This document shows, piece by piece, positions 50,601-63,608 of a stretch of DNA of 64,000 bases. Origin of the DNA: Lingula anatina (taxonomy: Eukaryota; Animalia; Brachiopoda). The position numbers were made by a program, and so were the translations under genes. Under the pieces are notes generated by a model. The model was not told the origin of the DNA and ran no database searches. It saw only the letters and a program-made list of their open reading frames with translations. Positions within the stretch are counted from its first letter, which is position 1; the number at the start of each line of letters is the position of its first letter. The stretch lies in assembly GCA_051362555.1 (NCBI GenBank), contig CM120644.1:21102534-21166533 (forward strand), read 5' to 3'.

Positions 50601-51945
50601 AAGTCCATTCTTTGATATCACCCCATGCACGGTGATATCAGCGTGTTCTATTCAAAGTAAGGGGTATTGGGTGGGGAACACGCACGATTTCCCTTTGTAT
50701 GTATGACAAATAATGCACTGTTACCCCCTCGCCCGATATCCACGATAGCATGCCTCGCTGGCGCACGGCCTGCTATCGTGATATCGGGCTCGTGGACAGT
50801 GCATTATTTACTACATAATTTTGTGAAATCTGGTCTAATATTTCTGAAATTTGTACAATTGATGCTTAACAACAATAGAAATCTGTGATAAGCTGATCAG
50901 TTGACTGTATCTAATGAAAAGTATTGTCTTCGGATGATATATTTGAGAAAAGAGAATGTTACACTGAAAATTAACACTGCAAAATTCCATGACTGAAAAT
51001 AGTTTAACGCTAATAATTTTGTCAAAAATGTTCCAATATTTCTGAAATCTGTACAAATGATGCTTAACAACAATAAAAATATGTTATAAGCTGATCGGTT
51101 GTCTGTGTCTTTTTGTAATGGTAAAGTTAATGGGAAATTGATCATCAAAAGAGTGAGAATTAACCAAAACAAATATTTCAATATTGCAATGTACATACGT
51201 ATTATTTACTCTGAGAGAAAACAGCAAATGTGATGATTTGAGGTTGTTTGTGTTGGAAGTTGCAAGTTACCTAAACTGTCATCTGGAAAACAATATATAC
51301 CCATAAATGACTTCTCCTTACTACCAATGCCATATGCAGATTACTCCTTACAATGGGATTCTGGAGGGGGTTGTTGTTATCACAATATCTGACAACGTCC
51401 TGAATCTTGCCAAATATAGTGCACTGTACACATGGATAAGATATAGTGCTGCTCTTGGTGCTGTCTTTCACTGCCTTCTTTTTTCATGGTAAGAGTACTC
51501 TGGAAAAAGAACAACATAAATGAAAGAACTGAAAATTTACATTGAAAAGACCGGCAAATTCAATGACTTAAAATAGTTAAATGTTAATAATTTTGTCAAA
51601 TCTTTTTCACTGTTTCTGATATTTGTACAAATTAAGGTTAACAACACTTGTAATCTGTGATAAGCTGATCAGTTGTCTGTGTCTTTTTTCAAGTGTCAAG
51701 TTCATTGGAAATTGATAATCAGAAGAGTGAGAATTAACGAAAACAAATGTTTCAATATTGCAAGGTACTATTTTCTCTCTCAAAAAAAAAAAAAAAATAC
51801 AGCAAATGTGATTTGGGTTTGTTTGTGTAGGAGGTTGCAAATTACCTATAACTGTCATCTGAAAAATAATATATACCCATAGAACACTTTTCCTTACTAC
51901 CAATGTCAGATGCAGATTACTCCTTACAATGGGTTTCTGGGTTAA
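41695..51945. repeat. ~10-kb higher-order satellite: ~180-bp AT-rich monomers alternating with a ~400-bp spacer block
   Basis: Monomer landmarks AAAATAGTTAAAC, TTTCTGAAATTTGTACAAATGATGCTTAACAAC and GATAAGCTGATCAGTTGAC recur every ~180 bp. The spacer landmark GTACATACGT lies at 47131, 48096, 49061, 50028 and 51191 (~965-bp period). Confidence 0.96.
50427..50814. mobile_element. 388-bp insertion into the satellite; non-TIR element with a long terminal hairpin (Crypton-like non-autonomous)
   Basis: Interrupts the monomer motif GTTAATAATTTTG. Hairpin AAATAATGCACTGT..GCCCGATATC.ACGATAGCA / TGCTATCGTGATATCGGGC..ACAGTGCATTATTT at 50708-50809; TACATA occurs at both junctions. Superfamily assignment is an inference. 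Confidence 0.7.
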
Positions 51946-52590
51946 ATGGACAACGTTAAAGAATGAACCAATCTAAAATATAGAAAAAGCATATACCAAT
52001 GACACAAGATCGAGAGGCATGGTGATCCATGACAGCCAACCTGCTGAGAGTGGGTGGCACCCTATGTTGATTATTGTATCCGAATTGATAAACTGTATCA
52101 TTATTTTATGCTCTTTGTCTGTACATCTGCCTTCTTTGAAAATGCACATATTTATTTTTTGGTTTCTTTGAATTTTGCAATCTTTGAGTCATTTTCTCCC
52201 TGTGTCAGACAGGCAATAATAGTCCTCTACTATCTGTTAAACAGAATTGATCATTTGAATATATATATATATCACGGAGAATAAAGTTGATACACTATGG
52301 AAAAGTGCTCTTGCCATGGTGATGGACCATTGGGAGCTAGTATCGAAAGACAAGGAACCGAACAAATTAGTCTGTTCTCTCCATTTTAATTTCAAAAGTT
52401 CCTACAGCTGTTTCGGCCCGGAGGGGCACAAACAGATCACAATACAAAATTGCTGACCGGCTGTAATTAAGCAGCATTACAGATTCAAAAATTCACTAAA
52501 ATATGTAAAGATCCAGAGAACAATGTGATCTACGTGAGAAGATTTGATAAATGAAATTCATGTTGTTATCTAAAAATCTTGAAAATTATT

Positions 52591-52968
52591 CTGGAGTCAT
52601 TATGTTCCATTGTGGCAGTATAGTCCTGTGCCTCCTAGTACAGTGTAGTAGTCTGGAGTCATTGTGTTCCATTGTGGCAGTATAGTCCCGTGCCTCCTAG
52701 TACAGTGTAGTAGTCTGGAGTCATTGCGTTCCATTGTGGCAGTATAGTCCCGTGCCTCCTAGTACAGTGTAGTAGTCTGGAGTCATTGCGTTCCATTGTG
52801 GCAGTATAGTCCCGTGCCTCCTAGTACAGTGTAGTAGTCTGGAGTCATTGCGTTCCATTGTGGCAGTATAGGCCTCTGCCTCCTAGTACAGTGTAGTAGT
52901 CTGGAGTCATTGCGTTCCATTGTGTCAGTATAGTCCCGTGCCTCCTGGTACAGTGTAGTGTGGAGTCA
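52591..52968. repeat. 62-bp minisatellite, 6 copies
   Basis: Unit CTGGAGTCATTGCGTTCCATTGTGGCAGTATAGTCCCGTGCCTCCTAGTACAGTGTAGTAGT. Confidence 0.95.
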
Positions 52969-53802
52969 GATGATGGACTGGAAAAGATATAAAAAAAGTC
53001 GGTGATCTGAGGCTTTTTCCTTAAGATCCAGAATATTAGAGTAATTTTAGTAGGTTTACTACATGTGTACATCATATCAACTGTGAAGAAATAAATATAA
53101 AAACTTATAAAATAACGCGTTGTTGTAAGTCAAGGCTGAGGAGGAAAAAGGTCTACTTATAAAACAGATACAACATCAGTTCTCCAGTTAATTATCTTAC
53201 CTTCATAAGCCAATGCAAAACTACAGATGAAAAGGGAATGGCAAAACTTGAAGTAACTGACGATGTGCAATCTTGTTAGTTTCCAAAAAGCACTTTGAAT
53301 CTGCAGCGTCAACGTTCTGAAGCACATTGTAAAATCTTCACCAGCACATTGCATCGTGATGTGAACAGTGAACAACTGACACAGTCAATACCATATGAGT
53401 CCTTCACTTCAAATGTCTCATCCTGAACCCACCCATAAAGTTTGCAAAAAGAATGTATAACAGAACCAGCGAAGGAAAATGTCCCGATGGTGACATTCAG
53501 TGTGCAGAACGTTTGTTGAAAATCCCGGCTTTATTAAGAGTCACCCTTTGCATACTACATAGACTTTTGTTTAGTATAGATGGCGCTATGCAAGATGTGA
53601 GACTTTGGATTTGTGATGGACTGCAGCCATTATCAGCAACAGGTTCGCCGCCTGCTTTCTAAGAAACTCGTGCAAGGAGGGAGAGGCTTATGGCACTGCA
53701 ATAGATATTACCAGGGTCCAAGTATTGATATATACTGTGATATATTGTGATTTGTATTTACCAGAAAGACTCAAGGTCGAGAGCTTCAACTAAGCGTCAA
53801 TC

Positions 53803-53811
53803 TGATTGGTT
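53803..53811. promoter_or_regulatory. Inverted CCAAT box (GATTGGT) ~100 bp upstream of the orphan gene ATG
   Basis: CTGATTGGTT matches the NF-Y consensus; a second CCAAT lies at 53841. Supported by position only. Confidence 0.4.
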
Positions 53812-53905
53812 TAAAGTTAAGGAAACAATACAGGGGTCGTCCAATGAAATTCCTTTATACAATAATTATTCTTATTTATTGTTTTGTAAACAAAGCAAAG
53901 AGACA

Positions 53906-56579
53906 ATGTCTACACAGTCATTGGTAAGTTTATTTCATATTCAAAACTTAAACCCCGCAGCAAGTTAAATGTAATCCCTCATAGCGCCTTTTTACCGGTA
54001 CCTGTTCATGATTTTTGCGATTAAATAATATCGAATAATATTCTAAATGAATTTCTTGTAAATTTCGTGTCATACAACGTTTTGCTGATCTATCTCAAAC
54101 TACCAAATTGTTCAACTTATGATTTCATTTACCAGCGTGGGTGTCCCGTCTCTTAGGGCAGAGTTTCTCTTGCCCAAGGGCTCAAAAATGTAATGGAAAT
54201 GCATTAAGCCACAAAATGCAAGTATTATACTTTTTTTTACAAAAGTATTGATATAAAGTAAAATAATTTTCTTTGAAATTTAAAAAGAAAATTTAAAGTC
54301 CGACATATGTAAGTATTTATTTATACCTTCATTTTTCTAGTGTATTTGATTTATCAGTTATTGTATATATTTATTAACATTTTATTTTTCATTTTAGACA
54401 TTAACATATCATCAAATTATTTATTTATTTATTTATTCCTCATTCTTTCAGCCTTACCACCCTGGGTCTGGCTGGACATGGGAGCCTGAACCCTTTAGGA
54501 ACAGGTGCCTCCAGGTGACCACCAAGGACAGCATGGAAGTGACCTGTACTTGGGGAGAACTGGACATGGAAATAAAAGGTGCTTGATCTTATAATTCTAT
54601 TTGATATAACCAATGTGATTTTAAGTTGAATTAACCTTTCAATTCTGTCATGTATAACATATGGAAATAAAACTTTATTTGATCTCACAATCCTATAAAT
54701 AATAACCTATATAAAGAAATGATGAAATGGTCCTTTAATTCTGTCAAATACATTTTAGACTATATTTTAATTTATATCACAATTTGTGAATGACAAATAA
54801 ATGTGACATCTTATTCCAGAGTTGAACTACATGTACAAGCCTGAAGTCCACACCAGTGGTAAGTGAATTGCATTATATAATTGTATTGCTCTATTCAAGA
54901 CAATAATTCAGCAGATTTAGCGATCAGCTTGGTGCATTTTTTAATCTTCTAGCAAGGATTTACGAATAAAATTGTTTATTGACAATAACACCATGACTCC
55001 CAGGGTGCGAATCTGCAAGTCAATTCACAATGAATTTGAAGATCTAGCTAATATACACTAACTCCATGGAATCTCTCACTGGATACAATCTGATTAAAAG
55101 ACTAACCTTTTGTCTCCAACATACATAATCAACAGCTTTTTTTGTATTCTACTCAATGCCATGATGTATTTGATGTGTTAAGTTTAGACAAAACAAATAC
55201 ATGTATTGTGTTTCCTTAGATTTGAATTCAGTTCTCATATTTCAGCTGATACCAACATTAGTAACAGTTGTAAAGAATCCTAACACTAAAGATATAGATA
55301 AGACTGGAATCTCAGTAAAATAATTATGACTTTAATACACACATGAAACATGCACATGTGCGTGCACACATACACACACACACACGCATTAGCACATGCA
55401 CACACACGAGCACACACATACATGCACACACATGTACATGCACACTATGTTGCACATTATGTCTGGCTTTTGACAGTCTTAAGAAGATACTTTATCTTCT
55501 GAAAAATTAATGCTCTTGCTGTGTAATCATTCCTTAAAATTCAATTCTGTTCTTTCAGGTGACACCAAAGAAGAGAACAATGTAGCAATTGTTAAGACCC
55601 TAAGTATTGAGGAGCTAGGTAAGGCTGGAATCTAAGTAAAATAATTATGAATTTTAATGTACTTATGAAACATGTGTGCACACACCCATACACTAACAAC
55701 CCACACACATACACCTTCATTACACACTGCAAGCATGTTGTTCAAGTAAACTTTGGTCTGTAGCATACTTACGAAGATTATTTATTTTTTAAGCCAATTA
55801 AATCTTTGAATGTGTCTTCAACAAATTGTAATACTGAATCCTATTTGAACATGCATAGATATGGAATGTTAAGTTTTTAATTGATATCATTTTTTCTTCA
55901 GCTGATATCAAAGACACAAAGAGTGTGTCAGATGCTGAGGGCAGCAAGAAGAGAGGTAAGACAGTAAGGGCAATTTAACAGGAATTCATTTAACACACTT
56001 AAAAAGTGTAAGCATACACAGATGGACTTTAGGGGGGAGATTCTCACCCACAAACACTGAGTTAAAATTCACTGTTTAGTGATCTAAATCTAAATCTTTC
56101 AATGTATCTTTGACTATGTTAAATAATGTATCAAATCCTTGTTGTGCACATGTATGGGATGTTTAATTTGTTTTCCTGTCTTTCTTCAGTCAATATCAAA
56201 GACACAGCAACTGTGACAGAGGATGTGAAGGAGAGAGGTAAGACAGCAGGGTCAATAGAATAAGGATTTATTTATTACACTGATGGAATGTGATTGTGCG
56301 CACACACACACACACACACACACACTGCATATTGATGTGTATGGCCTTTATTCAAGTTTTACTTGCCCAATTTGTTTATTTTTATCAATTGTAAATTTTT
56401 TTCAGTACAGCTGCAAGCGTGAAATAATATGGTGCACTGACTGCTTATTGAAGGTTATATATTATTGCATATTAGTAAGTAATATTGTGTCATATATTTC
56501 AGCTCCCAAAGATCGCTGCCCATCTAGGTGGAGAAGATTAATAAATCTTCTCACGTCTTGCTTCAGAACAAGAACATAA
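53906..56579 (+). CDS. Predicted 7-exon, 140-aa protein of unknown function with duplicated phase-1 micro-exons
   Basis: Exons 53906-53923, 54452-54578, 54820-54858, 55559-55618, 55902-55955, 56190-56237 and 56503-56579 all have canonical pyrimidine-CAG / GT boundaries and join in one frame (423 nt): MSTQSLPYHPGSGWTWEPEPFRNRCLQVTTKDSMEVTCTWGELDMEIKELNYMYKPEVHTSGDTKEENNVAIVKTLSIEELADIKDTKSVSDAEGSKKRVNIKDTATVTEDVKERAPKDRCPSRWRRLINLLTSCFRTRT*. A likely 3' UTR exon starts at 56949, with AATAAA at 57025. Confidence 0.8.
55246..55297 (+). pseudogene. Dead duplicate of micro-exon 55559-55618
   Basis: Acceptor TTTCAG is intact. The exon is 52 nt (not a multiple of 3) with an in-frame TAA, and its donor is mutated to ATAAGA. 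Downstream intron CTGGAATCT.AGTAAAATAATTATGA matches that after 55618. Confidence 0.75.
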
Positions 56580-59500
56580 TGGTTGTTATTATTATTATTA
56601 TTATTATTATTGTTTTTGTTGTTGTTGTTAAGTAAATCTAATCACTCTAGATATTTAGAAATGAGGAAAATTTGACAGTGTTTTAAAAAAGAACAGATTC
56701 ATATTATAGTCACAGTCATATAGTCACAGTCATAAGGGAGTTCTTTCGTTTGTTTCCTTGTTTTGATGGCATCATAACTAAGTGAACTTTCAGTTTTTAA
56801 GAGGCACACTATGTCAAACAGCTGGTAAAACCTGTACAGTAATTATATGATAGCAGCCGGGAGCTGCTGGTTGTAGAGTTACTGTCAGCATCTTTTTATA
56901 GCTAATAACTAAATTAGATTTTAATATTTTCAATTTTTTATTTTTCAGGAATGTCAGTGCAGAACTCTAACTGCCTCTGTAGCAGTCAGTTAAAAAGCTT
57001 TAAAGGACATTCTGTTAATTTTACAATAAAATATTAATTTTGTGTAATCAAATGCGTTTTGTTTTTCTTTCTTTTCTTAATTGAGGTTACCATTGGGGGG
57101 GTAGTGATCACGGTTCAAGGGAAATATAATCATTTATTTACAAATCACAGTTAATAAAGCTTCATATCTCATAGATAATGTGAGTTAAAAATCCTAAATA
57201 TCATGAACCACCAAGTGCAGTACTTCATTTCACAAAGGGCAACGTAACAAAAACCGCATTTACGTGTCATGGGATAGACTTCACGGATCACACTAAATAA
57301 TAGTAGAATGTTTGACGCATCTCGGGTAAATAAAAAGTGGCTTTCATGGGTTACAAATACACCCTAATTAAAGTTTGAAAATGCATAATAATAGTGAATG
57401 ATTCTTAAATAAATTGACTGGTTAGTGCTGAGGGAACGCATTCGCACCCTGCTAAGTGTGACACGGTTGTGAAAGGGTTAACCCCCCCCCCCTCCTCCCG
57501 TCTCGCCCCTATTCCAGCTTCTCACCCTAAGCTTCAGAGATAAATTGAAACAAACATCTACACTGTGGCATACCCTTGCGTTTCCAGTTACTTGAAACGA
57601 CAAGGGTTAATTGCTATTAAGATCTGAAGTTCAGGGTGCGGCTCCTACACCTGTGTATCAAAACTATCGTTGGCAGGTTCATCTTCTGCCGGGAGTTGAA
57701 CAGTTAACGTGGTCAGCAAATTGTGAGGGAGAGACAGATGGCATAGAGAATTATCTTGTTGTCTGCAAAGTGCTACACAGTAAAAACTGGAAAAGTGGGC
57801 TATTTTTACACTCTTCTCAAAGATTGTAATAGACTCTGATTATAGCAGCCCCACGCTTTCTTTGTATTTTGCGATTCAATGGATACTTCTCTCTCTCGTC
57901 CGCCTCTCCCTAAAATGTTCCACTCCGGAAAAAATGCTATGGGAGGATTGTACAGGCAATTGACCTACATTCTCCACTGCAGTTATTGGCGCTAGTTTAA
58001 CAATGTTATGACTTGGACGTGAAAACGTGATTCACGCCTGTGATATGAAGGTTTATAAATTTATATAAATGAATTCATAAACAAGGCATGTCGATCAAAT
58101 GATTGGAAAGTTGTGAGGGTAATGAGACATTGCTTTTTAAAAAAATTAAAAAAATCTGTACAAAATTAAAAAAACAAAAAAATGCATTTTTCTTTTTTAT
58201 GCAAATTAGATTGCCTGTAGTAATATAAGGCTGTCCGGAAGTGATGTTCACATCAGAGATTTCAAATAGTGATGAGCTTGATCACCTATCTTAATTTTTA
58301 TTATTTGATAAAGATAACATAATTGAAAACTTCCAATGTAATTTTTCTCGAGAAATATAAAACATCTCATTATAAATCAAAGATCGACCCACCCTTCGGA
58401 AGAATTTCGTAACAGACAGAAGGCTGAGAAGAGCTTCTAGTCGTGAGCCCCGGTACATCTGCATGCTCCCCCCCCCCTCCCCCCTCCGTCCATTCCCTCG
58501 GGAGCTACTGTGAAGGTCACATTTATTAATGTGTCCAGATGTTTAGGGTGCTTTAAAAAATTGTATAACTTCAGGGTTTTGAGAAAAAGTATTTTTGGGG
58601 GGTAGGGGGTATGATTTAAAGTTATAGGCCTACATCTTCAAGAATTTTTTAGTCTGCTGATTGTATCGGATGGCGGCATAGTACGCTCAGGTTGATCACA
58701 TGTTCAGACAAACACGCACTTGACCATAACAAGTGACGTAAATAATGTTTCTTTTTTTTTTTTTTTTGGGGGGGGGGGGTAGGATATGGGTGTAATTGTA
58801 TCAATGGCGTGTTTTGGAATATTTCTAACACAAATGCGTCGTGTACATTTTCATTCCAGTAAATGTAAACGAAATTTTACCTATCAGATAATGATAATAC
58901 TTGAGTAAATAATGCGTCCAAAATATCCTGCCATCTCCCCATGAATCATATCGAACCAACACTCTAGAAAGAGATGTCACTTCTTCATCAGTTCTGAGTG
59001 ACCAGGGAGTGGATGCGAGGCGGTCCAGATACTAAGTATACGAATATATAAGTTTCAACCGAGTTAGTACAACGTTGTAAGATACTAATGTTATGTATTT
59101 GATGATAACTTATTTGTGATTTATTTTTAATGCCTTAACGTTTTAAACTGGTTTTGAAAATAACCCAATATTTTCCCCATTTTGCCTTCCCCACTTTTCC
59201 CCAGCTCTTCATATCCCATGACAGTTGCACTTCATGTAAACTATTCTGAACTCCGTTGGTAGATGTAGTCTTAGCAGTAAACGTTTGTCGTGTGGTGTTT
59301 TATTCTTTTTGCTATAGGAGACAGTATATGTAGGAAAATAGGTAGTTATTGAACTTGTTAGCAAATATCTTAAAGACATTCTTTATCCAGTTCAAATTTA
59401 TGACAAATTGGCAATATTACAGCAAATGATAATGTTTTTACTAATATCTTGTGAGCTATGATATGAAAATGTGTTCTTTTATCCAGTGAAAAGTTATGCC

Positions 59501-59922
59501 AAATTGATAATATTAAACTGAATAATAATATTTGCAAATGTCAATTTTAAGTTTCTTGTTTTATAGCACTGTGAGTTCAGCATATAAAATAAGTTCAGTC
59601 TTTTCAAATTCATGGGTTTTTAATTTTAATTCAAAGGCACATATTGCGCGTTACACCTTTACCAAGAAAATAACATCCTGAGAAATTCAACAATTTCACT
59701 TTATCCCCAAAGCACACTCTTATCCAACACCATTGACAAAAGTATGACACATAAAATTTGATAAAAAATCTGGTTGTTATATGTCGTACTCCATTACGTC
59801 TCAGTGTGGTTTACAATAGATAAGAAAACTTTGTCGTGTTGTAAATTTCAAATTTTTGCCGCCGTGAGTGAAATTGGCCATTCACTATTTTTCATTATGA
59901 GAGAGACTTGCTAGAAATAAGT

Positions 59923-60185
59923 TTATGGATCGTAAAGCTGTGGACTGTTTTGGATACCGTATACCTTGCATTTTGATGATTTGTTGTAAAAATTTCTAAT
60001 TAAAATAAATGGCTTTATGGAGCGTATTGCTGTGAACTGCTTTGGATATCGTATACGTTGCATTTTGATGATTTGTTGTTAGAATTTCAAGGAAAATTTA
60101 ATGACCTTATGCATCGTATTGCTGTGAACTGTTCTGGTTATTGTATATCTTGGTGATTTATTGTTGAAATTTCTAGGAAAATTAA
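59923..60185. repeat. ~92-bp diverged tandem repeat, 3 copies
   Basis: TTATGG..CGTA..GCTGTG.ACTG..TTGGATA.CGTATAC.TTGCATTTTGATGATTTGTTG recurs at ~59923, ~60015 and ~60107. Confidence 0.85.
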
Positions 60186-60370
60186 ATATTAGCTACATAT
60201 GGGACCAGCACTTACTATGTGCCTTTGCTTTACTTTAAACGCCCAGATAAGAGGTTAGAAAACTTAATTTCATAAGCTTGTTCTTGTTAATGATCCAATT
60301 TTCTGATGTCCAGGTTCGTAGTATGTACACCACGACTTTCGTAAAAATGTAACTGGACGATGATGTCTCT

Positions 60371-60733
60371 TAAACAAATCTAGATTCTGTGTAAAGATGA
60401 AAATTGATACTATATTTCCAAATCTGCTCAACTTTGAAAAAAACCTCTTATTGATCAACATGTAAAAAATTGTATACTCTCTGCATGTGCAATGTGAGGT
60501 TCATTCATATTCTATTAATAGCAAAACATTTGTCACAAGAGTAAATAAACAAATCTAGATTCTGTGTAAAGATAAAAAGAATTACTGACAATATTTTTTT
60601 AAAAATCTGCTCAACTTTGAATATTGTCTCTTACTTTTTACGTCGATCAGCAGGTGCAAACATGTTTACTCTCTACATGTGCTGTGTGAGGTCAATTTAT
60701 GTTCAGTAAATAGCAAAACATTTGTCACGAGAG
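60371..60733. repeat. Two-copy ~180-bp tandem duplication
   Basis: TAAACAAATCTAGATTCTGTGTAAAGAT...ATAGCAAAACATTTGTCAC occurs twice (60371, 60546). Confidence 0.85.
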
Positions 60734-61367
60734 TTGTAAAATTGCTCATGATCGTTGGTACTTAGTTATTGAAATAATTCTTATAATACCGTATGGTTAG
60801 AAACAGAGAAGAAATCAACGTCGGATCCCAAACATGTAAATGTGGTCAAATTGTAAAATGCTCGGCAATTTGTGGCATTATGTGTTAGTCCAGAATGGGG
60901 TTCCTTTTCGATTTTCTGAGGTTAAAGGTGGGGTGGATACCAGATCCGGCGTTGTTTTTTAAAGGAAAGTTTTTTCTGAAATATTCTCTTTAATATTAAT
61001 GAGATCAAACATAGGTAGTTTAGTTGATAGTTTTATTTGTAAAATCAAATATATTGAATTTGCTACATTTTTGTGTGAGTCCTAATGCAGATATCGATAA
61101 CTTTGTCTATATTAATATATTCAAACATTCAAAACTTTTTTCAGAAATGTAGTCGCACAAATCAATGTTTTAAGATGGTTGAATTTACATGCATATATGG
61201 AATGGAAATTTGTTTTGGTCTTAATAAAGAAATACCAAAATTTTCCAATGCGTTGTAGTATTTTCATGTTCATTGGTACCCACGGGTTGGGGTTCACTTT
61301 CTTGCTCGCGTACTTGGATATCACTTAGTAATTTCCAAGGATTTTTTAAAAAATTTCCTTTGGTTAC

Positions 61368-61496
61368 TATAAGAAGAAAGTCTACCCGGGGAGGGTGGGT
61401 GGGAACAGTTAGAGGAGTAGGTAACGCGCTTGCCTCAGAGACAGAAGGTTGCAGGTTCGATTCCTGGCGCTCCTGGGTCCCAGCAAATTACCTTTT
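61368..61496 (+). ncRNA. tRNA-Met-derived Pol III-like cassette, copy 2
   Basis: TATA 61368, A-box 61410, B-box GGTTCGATTCC 61454, TTTT 61493-61496; about 6 differences from copy 1 over ~145 nt. Confidence 0.55.
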
Positions 61497-63608
61497 GCAA
61501 AAATAAACCCAAATAAAGAATTTCGACTTCTACAAAACAGTTCTACGAATACAGAATAGTAAGAGGAGTCGGTGGTTCTGTAGTTAAGGAAAATAACTTC
61601 TATTTTGTTCATAAAATAATATAGGGCATTTATTATTGCACAAATGCATACAAAAAGTAACAGCATTGTTTTGACAAAATATTATAAAACCTGGAATATC
61701 CTTTTTCTTCTACATTAATGGCAATTTCATAAAACGTACTATGAAATGTGAATTAAGCTTTTATATACAAACAAAACTGGTTCTCTAACTAAAACATGCC
61801 GAGATTCTATGCATTTTGAACATTTCTACTTGACCGGCGTAGAAATATTATGATAGACATAACACCAACACGATTAACCAAAACAAAAATGTTTGTCTAA
61901 ATTCACTGGTGTGATCGATATAGAAAATTCAATATGCATAGAACCTAATCCTATCCCGACACATGTTCCCACATGGAAGCACTATGTCGTCTTGCTGATG
62001 TTCACAAAACAAAAATAGGTAGTCAAAATAATCAAACTAAAAAAAACTAAGTACAAGGCCAACCTTCAACAAGGTGCTGGTCTACACACTTTTGGATAAA
62101 AATTCTGAAAGAATGACAATTGTTCATATTTGTTTAAAGAAGCAAAATACTATAAAAAAAGTAATTTTGTATGATAATTCGATGAATTTTCAAAGAATTG
62201 TCAAAAGAACCGCTAGCCTAAATTTAAGTAAATTTACGAAAAATGCTTATTTATTTATTAAAACTTTTCGCTTTAAATTGTAACATATTTTATTTTGAGT
62301 GTATTCTTTGAGTGGTCATTATTCTAAAAAATCGGCTTTGTGACAGCTATATTATTGATTCGAATTTGTCAAGACTTCGTCGAAAATTCAGAATGTTAAA
62401 GTTTCTGATGAATGTCAGTCCTACATAAACCCCTTTATGAAGATAATATAGCGAAATAAAACATTATCTTTGATTATTGTAATCTACCACGACTACAATA
62501 ACAAGTGCATATTAATTTCGAGAATTCTAAAGCCAGGGTGACTTTTGACCCCCTCCCATCACTGACAATGTGGCCTGTCACATCAGACACTCGATATTTT
62601 AATAAACACCAAGTTTGTTTTTATATGAGTCACAATCGCACATTCAAACTTTTAAAAGATCGTTTCAATATGTATGGGCAGCTCTGCAATACTGATGACA
62701 CATCTGCCAATTTCATAATGCTGCAATTTCTGGTACGTTCTTATTCAAATTACAGCGACTTATTATCATTATTATTTTTTAAAATTATTTGTAGATGTAC
62801 GTCTCTTTTTTCTCTCAAAATGAACACACAGTTTAACCTCCAAAGGTTTCCATAAATGCATTTAACGCGGTTGTGAGGTTTTCTTTCTTCTAAAAAATTA
62901 GCATCACCAAAAAAGATATTAAGATTCAATTTTGAATAAACACTTGTTCAGGGTGAAATGTCAAATTGCAGATTTGCCCTCACAAATATTTTACCATCAA
63001 ATAGAAAACTGATCATCCCACGTGTAGCAAAGTACTCTTCCTGAAAACTTGGTGATAATTTGACAATAACTACAACCGATTTAGTACATCAATACAGCAA
63101 GTCACTTTTTGCATTAGCAATATTTATATCAAATGAGGACTTTAAAAAGGCGTTTTCACATTAGAGACCCGAAGTGTACCTCTCCTTAAACCAAATGCAC
63201 TAGCAAATTACCATTAAAACACCACGAGCGGGAAGAGTACTGTACAACAACATGGTAACATACATACACGTACATATGTACAATAGCAAACCAGCGACAT
63301 ACAGGGCTGACGCTTAGTATAGAAATAGACGGCGTTCACAACCAGTTGATCCGTGGGCTATCTAGTCCACGCGCACCGTCCCAGAAGGGGCGAGCAATTG
63401 AATCTAGGCTTGCTTACAAGTAAGGCTTTCTATTTGATAGTCTGCAGATTAACTAGTTGTGAACGTGGCCTTAGTCTTTTTTAAATCAGACGTTTCGTGA
63501 AAAAAATACTTCTTACATCCGACTTTTCATTTGATACACCTTCTGATGGAGTACAACAACACAAAGCAAACATTACACTTCATATTAAATGTTAACCCTG
63601 CAAATTTA

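Larger units (their letters stand above)
58935..62010 (+). repeat. Old dispersed duplication, copy 2 (collinear with ~32830-36160)
   Basis: Same ordered blocks as copy 1. Confidence 0.75.

Noticed and set aside
44167-51492. Repeated short ORFs in the large satellite (MTSPYYQC..., MYIAILKY...)
   Set aside because: Frames are broken in most copies and no domain was recognised; treated as satellite by-products.
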